A stretch of 24,000 nucleotides of DNA from positions 1 to 24,000 of the forward strand of contig JAJPCT020000025.1 in NCBI GenBank assembly GCA_021323375.2, in the 5' to 3' direction. Shown piece by piece: positions 16,499 to 24,000 of the stretch. The stretch is from Candidatus Wolframiiraptor gerlachensis. GTDB lineage: Archaea > Thermoproteota > Nitrososphaeria_A > Caldarchaeales > Wolframiiraptoraceae. The first letter of the stretch is position 1, and every line of letters starts with the position of its first letter. A program made the position numbers and the translations under genes. Below the pieces are notes generated by a model. It searched no databases, had not been told where the DNA came from, and worked only from the letters and a program-made list of their open reading frames with translations.

Positions 16499-18282
16499 GC
16501 GCTGGGTACACCTCCATCAGCGGCCTCAGCCACCTTCTTCAACTGCCTCCTATACATCTCGAGGAGCTCATCAACGGTCGTCGCATCCTCCGGCGCCTTA
16601 TCGAACCTGTACTTGCCTGTGAATCTCGGGAATCTTATCGCTAGGCCGAATCCCTCCTTGACGACGCCCCATGCCGCGCTATGTATCGGGCTTATCGTTA
16701 TCTCGTCGCCAATTATCTCCAGCACCAGCTTAGGTTCAAACCAGACATCAGCCTCCATACCCGTCTCCACCCTCGGATGCTTACGCGGTATCTCATACGG
16801 CTTCAGCATCTCCGGGAGCTTCCTGAGATCCTCATCAGTAAACCCGCTTCCAACCTTGCAGACTGATTGGAAGACGTCTCTATCCTTGTTATAGGCGGCC
16901 ATCAACAACGCGCCGTATGTCCCGCTTCTCTTACCCCTTCCATGAAATGCCCCGACGACCACGAGGTCAACTGTGTCCATCATCTCGCTCTTATAGCTCC
17001 GCTTCAGCTTTATCCAGAGCCACCCCCTCGCGCCCGCCCTGTATATGGCCTCTTTGCCAAGCGCCTTCACCACGAGACCTTCGCAACCATTCTCTATCGC
17101 CTCATGGAAGAATCTCTCAAGCTCCCTCGGGTCGCTCGTTATAATCGCTTTGCTCAGCTTAACCTTCTCACCCTCCATAATTATCTGCTCTAGTATCCTC
17201 CTCCTCTCCTCTAGGGGCTGGAGCGTCAGATCCCTACCATCCACGTAGAGGGCGTCGAAGAAGTGTATCCTCACAGGATACTGCTCGATCGCCCTATGAA
17301 TATCATGTTTTCTCTTCCTATGCATTAGCTCTTGGAATGGCAGCATGTCGCCGGTATCCGGGTCTATCGCGACGCATTCGCACTCAAGTATAGCCTCATT
17401 TGCCCTGACATGATCCCTGACAAGCTCCACGACATCCGGATACTGGGACGTGATATTCTCAAGCCTTCTCGAGAATATTATCACCTCATCACCCTTCTTA
17501 TGTATCTGCATCCTCTCGCCATCATACTTGTACTCGGCCATGCATTTTCCACCGAGCTTCTGGAGTATCTCCTCCGCTGATGCCAGCCTCTCGGCAAGCA
17601 TCGGCCTTATGGGCCTGCCGATCGCTATCTTGATCTGCTTCAGGCCCTCAATCCCGCTCGTCGCCGCTACCTTGGCCACATAGCCTATGTCTGACGTGAG
17701 ATTATATGCCCTCTCGAAGAGCTCCCTCCACTCCTTGCCACCTCCATAGAGTATCGCAAGTGCGTCAAGTATCGTCATATCCGCTATCCCGAGCCTCATC
17801 TTCCCGGTCACAATCCTGAGGATATACTTCGCCTCCTTGGGCTGGGCCGATGCGAGCAGGCCGCTGAGAATCTGAACCTTCGCCTCCATCGCGCCCTCGC
17901 CAGTCTCCCTCGCAATCCTCTCTAGCGCCGAGTATACGTCCTGGACTGTTAGCTGCTGCATGAAGAGGGTTACCTGGCTCCTCTTAGCAAGCATCCTCTC
18001 GCCGACGAGGCCGACGTCGCCCAGCTCCTTGTAAGCCTTCTCAACCTCCCTCTCGCTCGCTCCAGACGCTAGCTTGACAGCTCTCAGGGCAAGTCTATCA
18101 GCAACACCGAGCTCGATGCCGACGAATGGTGGATAAACCTCACCGAGAGTCAGGTAGACAACCTTATCTATTATCTCGGGCGGGGTCTTCCTGAGAAGCT
18201 GGACGAGGAGGTTAGTCATCTCTATCCTTCCGCTAATCGCCTCAATCTTCTCATAGAACTCCACAAGCTCCGAGAACAGCAT
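16495..18282 (-). CDS. lig: ATP-dependent DNA ligase
   Basis: 595 aa; nucleotidyltransferase motif I CMAEYKYDGERMQIHKKG, RRLENITSQYPDVV, ECECVAIDPDTG, EGLVVKALGKEAIYRAGARGWLWIKLKRSYKS. Confidence 0.97.
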   Translation of the reverse strand: MLFSELVEFYEKIEAISGRIEMTNLLVQLLRKTPPEIIDKVVYLTLGEVYPPFVGIELGVADRLALRAVKLASGASEREVEKAYKELGDVGLVGERMLAKRSQVTLFMQQLTVQDVYSALERIARETGEGAMEAKVQILSGLLASAQPKEAKYILRIVTGKMRLGIADMTILDALAILYGGGKEWRELFERAYNLTSDIGYVAKVAATSGIEGLKQIKIAIGRPIRPMLAERLASAEEILQKLGGKCMAEYKYDGERMQIHKKGDEVIIFSRRLENITSQYPDVVELVRDHVRANEAILECECVAIDPDTGDMLPFQELMHRKRKHDIHRAIEQYPVRIHFFDALYVDGRDLTLQPLEERRRILEQIIMEGEKVKLSKAIITSDPRELERFFHEAIENGCEGLVVKALGKEAIYRAGARGWLWIKLKRSYKSEMMDTVDLVVVGAFHGRGKRSGTYGALLMAAYNKDRDVFQSVCKVGSGFTDEDLRKLPEMLKPYEIPRKHPRVETGMEADVWFEPKLVLEIIGDEITISPIHSAAWGVVKEGFGLAIRFPRFTGKYRFDKAPEDATTVDELLEMYRRQLKKVAEAADGGVPSA

Positions 18283-18370
18283 TCCACCTGAAAGCCCGCT
18301 AATCGCCTAATTAAGCGTTCGCAGCACAATAACCCCTGAATAATCGCGAGTCATACTGCTGAATTGCAAG

Positions 18371-18380
18371 GCTTATATAA
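18371..18380 (+). promoter_or_regulatory. TATA box of a probable leaderless transcript starting at the ATG at 18406
   Basis: GCTTATATAA is centred about 27-30 nt before the ATG, with no ribosome-binding site just before it. Confidence 0.6.
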
Positions 18381-18405
18381 GGTCTCCAACACCCCTAGAT
18401 CGAGA

Positions 18406-18783
18406 ATGCAGGTTGCGAGGGATCTCTCGAAGATCGGCGTTCTCCTCATAGGAGTTGCCCTGATCGTTATCGCGGCTATCATTGTGCACTTCTATATCAC
18501 GTATGCTATCCCCCAGATATCTCGGCCGTGGCCAACTTCACAATTCTACGCGTACTGCCGTCACAAGACCATAGTAATCCATGCAGACCGCGACCTCACC
18601 GACATAAGGGTGCTCGATAATAGGTCAAATCAGCTCTGCCTCATTGAGAAAATTCCTGCGGGCTCAGAGGAAATATGTCCTGTTGAGAGCTACGGGATGT
18701 ACCTTGTCCAAGTCGGAGACTATAAGCGCGTCGTCGAATGCATAGAGGAGAAGGCGATGGTTCCAGTGATCGTGCCGGATTAG
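18406..18783 (+). CDS. Small single-TM membrane protein of unknown function
   Basis: From ATG 18406: MQVARDLSKIGVLLIGVALIVIAAIIVHFYITYAIPQIS..., one N-terminal TM helix and a ~90 aa probable extracytoplasmic domain with four Cys (YAYCRH, QLCLIE, EEICPVE, RVVECIE). Confidence 0.75.
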   Translation: MQVARDLSKIGVLLIGVALIVIAAIIVHFYITYAIPQISRPWPTSQFYAYCRHKTIVIHADRDLTDIRVLDNRSNQLCLIEKIPAGSEEICPVESYGMYLVQVGDYKRVVECIEEKAMVPVIVPD

Positions 18784-18824
18784 CAAATCCTTATACCGGG
18801 CCTCCTGAAACCAAGATATCGCGC

Positions 18825-19574
18825 ATGAAGATAGTCTTTCACAGGGATTATTGTAGGGTGTATTCTTCCGATCCGGCTGCTGCTCCCGGCAGGCTTGAGG
18901 CTATACTTGAGGAGCTTGTGGACTGTGAGCTTGTGGAGCCTCGGCCGGCGAGCGAGCATGATCTTGAGCTTATTCATACGAGGGAGCATATAAGCCGGGT
19001 TAGAAACATGGATGAGGTTTATGAGGTTGCCTTGCTAGCGGTTGGCGGCGCTATAATGGCGTCTGAGATAGCTGTATCCGGTGAACCGGCTTTCGGCCTT
19101 ATCAGGCCGCCGGGGCATCATGCCAGCCCAGGCAGCTCATGGGGCTTCTGCTACTTCAACAACATCGCGATCTCTGTTGAGAGACTTAGGAGATTAGGAA
19201 GGATTAGGAGGGCCATCATAGTTGATATAGATCTGCATTATGGTGATGGAACTGCGAACGCCTTCGCCGGAAACCCTGATGTAACTTATCATCATGTCGC
19301 GCTGGGGAGAAGTGAGGTCTTCTTAGATGATCTAACGCGCTTCCTCGAATCGGTCGGGGAATGTGATATCATAGCTGTCTCGGCGGGCTTTGATCGGCAT
19401 GTGGAGGATTGGGGCGAGATGCTTGAGACCGAGGATTATCGTGAGGCTGGTAAGCTGATCAAGGAGTTCTCTGAAAGGGCCTGTGAGGGCAGGAGATACG
19501 CGGTGCTTGAGGGAGGATATAATCACAGGGTCTTGGGGAGGAATGTGAGGGCATTTATCGAGGGCTTTGAGTAG
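18825..19574 (+). CDS. Histone deacetylase/acetylpolyamine amidohydrolase family protein
   Basis: From ATG 18825, 249 aa; RPPGHHASPGSSWGFCYFNNIAIS, VDIDLHYGDGT, VSAGFDRH and LEGGYN: catalytic His pair and zinc ligands (D, H, D) present. Confidence 0.93.
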   Translation: MKIVFHRDYCRVYSSDPAAAPGRLEAILEELVDCELVEPRPASEHDLELIHTREHISRVRNMDEVYEVALLAVGGAIMASEIAVSGEPAFGLIRPPGHHASPGSSWGFCYFNNIAISVERLRRLGRIRRAIIVDIDLHYGDGTANAFAGNPDVTYHHVALGRSEVFLDDLTRFLESVGECDIIAVSAGFDRHVEDWGEMLETEDYREAGKLIKEFSERACEGRRYAVLEGGYNHRVLGRNVRAFIEGFE

Positions 19575-19577
19575 TAT

Positions 19578-20030
19578 TTGAGCATTTGGAGGCCTGTCTT
19601 GTTGCTGGATGACTTGATCATCGCGCAGAAGGCTCTAGCCGAGAGAGGCGCGAATATCGTGGTCGCGCGGGGCGGCATGGTCCTCTTCACGGGTTGGTCG
19701 AAGGGCTTAAGGGATCTTGCCAAGATAGCCTTGGAGAGCCCCGAGATTCTAGATGGCTCATCGGTCGCTGATAGGATTGTGGGCAAGGCCGCAGCGATAA
19801 TATTCGCCGTGAATGGTGTCGAGGCCGTTTACGCGCCTACACTAAGCAGGCATGCATTGGATGTGCTCGAGAAAAGCGGGATTAAGTTTCATTATGAGAA
19901 GCTTGTACCTCATATCGAGGCACACGGCGAGGGAATCTGCCCCTTCGAGAGGCTCATCATGGACATCGCCGATCGTGATGAGGCTTATAGAAGGCTCATA
20001 GAAAGGTTTAGGGAGCTTGGATGGGGCTGA
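19578..20030 (+). CDS. DUF1893 domain protein
   Basis: 150 aa, TTG start; LLDDLIIAQKALAERGANIVVARGGMVLFTG...LDGSSVADRIVGKAAAIIFAVNGVEAVYAPTLSRHALDVLEKSGIKFHYEKLVPHI...CPFERLI matches the DUF1893 pattern (GSSVADKVVGKAAA). Confidence 0.85.
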   Translation: MSIWRPVLLLDDLIIAQKALAERGANIVVARGGMVLFTGWSKGLRDLAKIALESPEILDGSSVADRIVGKAAAIIFAVNGVEAVYAPTLSRHALDVLEKSGIKFHYEKLVPHIEAHGEGICPFERLIMDIADRDEAYRRLIERFRELGWG

Positions 20031-20073
20031 AAACGCTGAGAATATAATTATTCTCCTCCTAGTGAGCTGCTGT

Positions 20074-20085
20074 GTGGAACATTTA
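20074..20085 (+). promoter_or_regulatory. Candidate promoter TATA element of ileS
   Basis: TTTAAATC-type element (CATTTAAATCC) about 135 nt upstream of the ileS ATG; no coding sequence between it and ileS. Confidence 0.4.
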
Positions 20086-20215
20086 AATCCTCGGGGCTTT
20101 TTCCTGGGCTGGGAAGGGGCGGCGATGGCCCGCCAAATTATCTAGCTTCCTGGGGATTGGTTGGCCGCTGCCCGGGATCTGGGTTATTGAGCTTAGTCGA
20201 GGAGGTGTTTGAGGT

Positions 20216-23200
20216 ATGGGGCTAGCTGGCAGATATGATCCGCTCAGCGTCGAGGAGGAGATTGCGAGATGGTGGAGCGAGAATAGGATCCTCGAGAAGG
20301 TTTTCAGGAGGAATGAGGGTGGGCCTGTCTTCGCTTTTCTCGAGGGGCCACCGACTGTAAATGGCTACATGCATGTGGGCCATGCGCGTGGGCGGATATA
20401 CAAGGACATAGTTCTCAGGTTTTATGGGATGAATGGGCTCTATGTCTGGAGGAGGGGTGGATGGGACTGCCTCGGCCTCCCGACAGAACTCGAGACCGAG
20501 AAGAGACTCGGCATACGCTCGAAAAAGGATATTGAGAGAATCGGCATGGAGAGGTTTGTTGAGGAAGCGAACAGGCTTGTCGACTATTATATTGATCACT
20601 GGAGAAGGGCTTCGGAGAGGCTTGCGGTCTGGCTAGACTATGATAATGCTTACCAGACGAGACATGAAAGCTACATGGAGCATGTCTGGTGGCTCATAGA
20701 ACAGGCTCACAAGAAGGGCGACCTCATGGAGAGCTATAGGGTTGTCCCATTCTGCCCGAGATGCGAGACCCCGCTAAGCAGCCATGAAGTCGCGCAGGGA
20801 TACGAGGAGGTTGAGGACCCATCCATATACGTCAAGTTCAGGCTTCAGGGCTCGAGCAACCAGTATATCGTGATCTGGACGACCACGCCCTGGACTCTTG
20901 TCGCGAATGAAGCCGTTGCGGTCAACCCATACGAGGAGTATGTAAGGGTCAAGGTGGGGGATGAGTACTGGATACTCGCCTCTAAGCTCATGGCACTCGT
21001 CTTCGGAGCCCTAGACGTGATGGATTATGAGGTTGTTGAGAGGTTTAAGGGCTCGGCGCTAGCAGGCCTTAGATATGAGCATCCGCTGATCGAGGAGGTT
21101 CCAGCGCACAGGAGCCACGAGCCGCCAGCACATACGGTGATCGAGGCGGAGTTCGTTACCATGGAGGAGGGGACTGGATGCGTTCACATAGCGCCTGCCC
21201 ATGGCCCCGAGGACTTCGAGGTCGGAATGAGAATAGGCCTACCAATCTTCAATCCAGTAGCCTCAAATGGATACTTCACCGAGGATGGCGGCATATTCGC
21301 CGGCGGGTACTTCAAGGATGTCGCCGAGCGCGTTATGGAGATCTTGAAGAAGAAGGGCTTCCTCGTGAAGCGTGATGTGGTCAGGCATAATTATCCGCAT
21401 TGCTGGAGGTGTGGCTCGCCGCTCATCTATCTCTCGAGCAGGCAGTGGTTCCTGAGCGTTAAGCGGATTAAGGAGCTGATGATCGAGGGGAATAAGAGGG
21501 TGAATTGGAAGCCGAGGTGGGCCGGCGAGAGCAGATTCGGCGATTGGCTCGCGAACGCCGAGGACTGGTGCATTAGCAGGACGAAGATCTGGGGAACCCC
21601 GCTCCCGGTCTGGAGATGTGAAAAGTGTGGCGAGATAAAGGTTGTCTCGAGCAAGAAGCAGCTGGAGGAGGCCGAGATAAAGCCGGATGAGATCAAACTA
21701 TTCAGGCCATGGGTTGACAGGGTGATTTTCAGGTGCGGGAAATGCGGCGGCCTCATGAGGCGGGAGCCATTCGTCATGGATACGTGGCTCGACTCCGGCA
21801 TGGCTCATACAGCTAGCATAGATGGCCTGAGAAACAGGGAGCTCTTCAGAAAGCTTTTCCCATATGATTTCATAACCGAGGCGATAGATCAGACGCGCGG
21901 CTGGTTCTACACGCTCCTCTTCACGTCAACGCTACTCTATGGCCAGCCGCCGTATAAGACCGTCCTCAACCAAGGCCATGTCCTCGATGCTGAAGGCAGG
22001 AAGATGAGCAAGAGCAGGGGCAACGTTATCTGGGCTATGGATATTATGAGCAGATATGGTGCGGATCCGCTGAGATTCTACTTAGTCTCCAAGTCGGCTC
22101 CATGGGAGAACATGAACTTCGTGGAGGATGAGCTTAAACAGGTGATCCAAGATCTCAACATACTGTGGAACGTCTTCTCCTTCGCCCTGACATATTTCGA
22201 GCTGGACAAATACGATCCAGAGAGGGTTGGCGTGGAGTCCGTGAAGAGGTATCTTAGGGCAGAGGATAGGTGGATACTCTCGAAGGTGAATAGCCTATGC
22301 AGACAGGTGACGAGCCATCTCAAGTCCCTTGATATACACTCCGCGGCGAGAGCTCTCAAAGACTTCATACTCGAGGATCTAAGCAGGCTCTATGTCAGGT
22401 CGATCAGGAGGAGGGTTTGGGTTGAGGAAGAATCCTGGGATAAGATCGCGGTCTATGCGACCCTCTACTATGTCCTGAAGAAGCTCATCCTCATGCTCGC
22501 CCCAATAACCCCATATCTCGCCGAGAAGCTTTACCAGCATCTGAGGCTTAGAGATGATCCTGAGAGCGTTCATCTATGTGACTGGCCGAAGCCAGAAGAG
22601 GAGATGATTGACGAGGAGATTGAGGATTGCATGGAGATTGCTAGGATAACGATCTCCGAGGCGGTGGCGCTCAGGCAGAAGCATGGCAGGAAGCTCAGGT
22701 GGCCCGTGAAGACGGTGATCATAGCGCCGAGAAGCGCGAAGGCTAAGAAGGCCTTAGAGAGGCTCGTGAACTTTATCAAGCCCCAAGTCAACGCCATAGA
22801 CCTTAGGATACTTGAGGTCGGCGAGAGGCCGGAGGGCATCAAGATAATCTGTAAGCTAGTTTATGAGAGACTTGGGCCGAGGCTCGGCGGCCGGGTTAGG
22901 GAGGTCGCAGAAAGGCTATCGAGGATGAATGGCGAGCTTGTTAGATCGGAGATCGAGTCCAGCGGATCATTCAAGCTCATCCTGAGCGATGGCGCGCCGG
23001 TGGAGCTTACAGAGGAGGATTTATCCTTCGAGGAGGAGCTGCCTGACAACCTCGGGAAGATCGAGGGAAGATTCGCCGACATATACATCGACTTCTCCGA
23101 GACGAGGGATATAGTTGCGCAGTCGCTCGCAAGGGAGATTATTAGGAGGATCCAGGTGATGAGGAAGGAGCTTGATCTCATGATCTCTGACTACATCGAG

Positions 23201-23407
23201 GCGACGATAATCGCTGAGGATGAGGAGGACTTGGAGCTGCTCCAAGAGATGAAGGACTATATTATGGAGGAGGTGCGCGCTAAGAGAATCAGACTCACCC
23301 TAGGGAAGCCCGAGAAGCTTGAGGGCTATATGAAGGAGTGGATGATAGAGGGCAAGAGATATACGATTGCCATCTCGAGGATTCAGGAGGCAGAGGTATC
23401 AAGGTGA
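20216..23407 (+). CDS. ileS: Isoleucyl-tRNA synthetase
   Basis: 1063 aa; FLEGPPTVNGYMHVGHARGRIYKDIVLRF (HIGH-equivalent HVGH), GWDCLGLPTELE, EEGTGCVHIAPAHGPEDF, KMSKSRGN; GAGGAGGTG upstream of the ATG. Confidence 0.97.
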   Translation: MGLAGRYDPLSVEEEIARWWSENRILEKVFRRNEGGPVFAFLEGPPTVNGYMHVGHARGRIYKDIVLRFYGMNGLYVWRRGGWDCLGLPTELETEKRLGIRSKKDIERIGMERFVEEANRLVDYYIDHWRRASERLAVWLDYDNAYQTRHESYMEHVWWLIEQAHKKGDLMESYRVVPFCPRCETPLSSHEVAQGYEEVEDPSIYVKFRLQGSSNQYIVIWTTTPWTLVANEAVAVNPYEEYVRVKVGDEYWILASKLMALVFGALDVMDYEVVERFKGSALAGLRYEHPLIEEVPAHRSHEPPAHTVIEAEFVTMEEGTGCVHIAPAHGPEDFEVGMRIGLPIFNPVASNGYFTEDGGIFAGGYFKDVAERVMEILKKKGFLVKRDVVRHNYPHCWRCGSPLIYLSSRQWFLSVKRIKELMIEGNKRVNWKPRWAGESRFGDWLANAEDWCISRTKIWGTPLPVWRCEKCGEIKVVSSKKQLEEAEIKPDEIKLFRPWVDRVIFRCGKCGGLMRREPFVMDTWLDSGMAHTASIDGLRNRELFRKLFPYDFITEAIDQTRGWFYTLLFTSTLLYGQPPYKTVLNQGHVLDAEGRKMSKSRGNVIWAMDIMSRYGADPLRFYLVSKSAPWENMNFVEDELKQVIQDLNILWNVFSFALTYFELDKYDPERVGVESVKRYLRAEDRWILSKVNSLCRQVTSHLKSLDIHSAARALKDFILEDLSRLYVRSIRRRVWVEEESWDKIAVYATLYYVLKKLILMLAPITPYLAEKLYQHLRLRDDPESVHLCDWPKPEEEMIDEEIEDCMEIARITISEAVALRQKHGRKLRWPVKTVIIAPRSAKAKKALERLVNFIKPQVNAIDLRILEVGERPEGIKIICKLVYERLGPRLGGRVREVAERLSRMNGELVRSEIESSGSFKLILSDGAPVELTEEDLSFEEELPDNLGKIEGRFADIYIDFSETRDIVAQSLAREIIRRIQVMRKELDLMISDYIEATIIAEDEEDLELLQEMKDYIMEEVRAKRIRLTLGKPEKLEGYMKEWMIEGKRYTIAISRIQEAEVSR

Positions 23408-23411
23408 AACC

Positions 23412-24000
23412 TTGCCATCACTCATAAGCTATGTCAGAGACATATTCGGGAAGCTTGATGAAAACCATTTCAAGGTTCTAAGGGTGATAGAGCAGAACCT
23501 CGCGAGATACGAGATCGTCCCGAGGGAGGTGATATACAGCGAGACCGGGCTGGGCGAGAGGGCTGAGAAGCTCCTGAAAAAGCTAAACGAATACAAGCTC
23601 ATCTGGGCGCCGATGGGGTATGAGAAGGGATTCTGCATAAACTATTATGGCCTAGATATGCTTGCATTGAAAGCGCTTGTCGACAGGAATATCATCACGA
23701 GCCTTGGGAGGCCTCTCGGGGTCGGGAAGGAGGCCGATGTCTATGACGCCCTAGCCCCAGATGGTAAAAGACTTGTAGTTAAGTTCTTCAGGATAGGGAG
23801 GACTAGCTTCAGGAAATATGAGAGGCATAGGACGAGCCTAGTTACGGCTCCAAGCCATCTAGCCGCTTCCATAAAATCCGCTAGAATGGAGTATAGGGCC
23901 TTGAGAATGCTCCACCCGGCGGGGATCAAGGTCCCGAAGCCCGTCGCGAGGAATAGGCATGTGATCGTGACCGAGTTCTTTCAGGGGATAGAGCTCGCGA
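23412..24000 (+). CDS. rio2: RIO-type serine kinase Rio2, truncated by the window end
   Basis: Not in the ORF track because it runs off the edge. From TTG 23412, preceded by AAGGTGA: MPSLISYVRDIFGKLDENHFKVLRVIEQNLARYEIVPREVI...(winged helix)...SLGRPLGVGKEADVYDALAPDGKRLVVKFFRIGRTSFRKYERHR...; GxGKEADVY is the RIO nucleotide-binding loop. Confidence 0.95.
   Translation, partial: MPSLISYVRDIFGKLDENHFKVLRVIEQNLARYEIVPREVIYSETGLGERAEKLLKKLNEYKLIWAPMGYEKGFCINYYGLDMLALKALVDRNIITSLGRPLGVGKEADVYDALAPDGKRLVVKFFRIGRTSFRKYERHRTSLVTAPSHLAASIKSARMEYRALRMLHPAGIKVPKPVARNRHVIVTEFFQGIELA

Noticed and set aside
20038-20055. GAGAATA-TAAT-TATTCTC hairpin between DUF1893 and ileS as a terminator
   Set aside because: AT-rich 7-bp stem without a following T-run; weak evidence, and intrinsic hairpins are not the standard archaeal termination signal.
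1-24000. CRISPR array, transposon ends, toxin-antitoxin or phage/defence island
   Set aside because: I saw no regularly spaced direct repeats, transposase/integrase motifs or defence-gene signatures. The lone RHH protein overlaps ftsZ and has no adjacent toxin, so an antitoxin reading is not supported.

Overview
This is a gene-dense 24 kb archaeal chromosomal window. Its profile suggests a thermophilic TACK-lineage archaeon that uses FtsZ, possibly Korarchaeota-like; this is inferred from gene content and AGG-rich arginine codon use, not tested. Most genes are housekeeping: argH (N-terminal part only), a stand-alone Lrp/AsnC RAM-domain protein, an APC permease with a C-terminal cytoplasmic Usp-like domain, tRNA-Ala(TGC), a PfkB-family sugar kinase, srp54, pus10, an atypical Nramp-like transporter, metG, ftsZ, a small Toprim protein, signal peptidase I, a 904-aa multi-modular secreted/anchored protein, a YjbQ/UPF0047 protein, a conserved unknown protein coupled to ATP-dependent DNA ligase, a one-TM protein, an HDAC-family hydrolase, a DUF1893 protein, ileS and rio2 (partial). 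I see no CRISPR array, transposon, toxin-antitoxin pair or phage island. The strongest observation is a 48-codon ribbon-helix-helix ORF (11490-11636, minus), absent from the supplied ORF track and overlapping the start of ftsZ. It resembles the CdrS-type cell-division regulators described in FtsZ-containing archaea. Other points worth following up are the Nramp homologue lacking the DPGN and MPH motifs, the tandem-module surface protein beside its own signal peptidase gene, a structured intergenic region at 2970-3055, and a low-quality left edge that corrupts argH.
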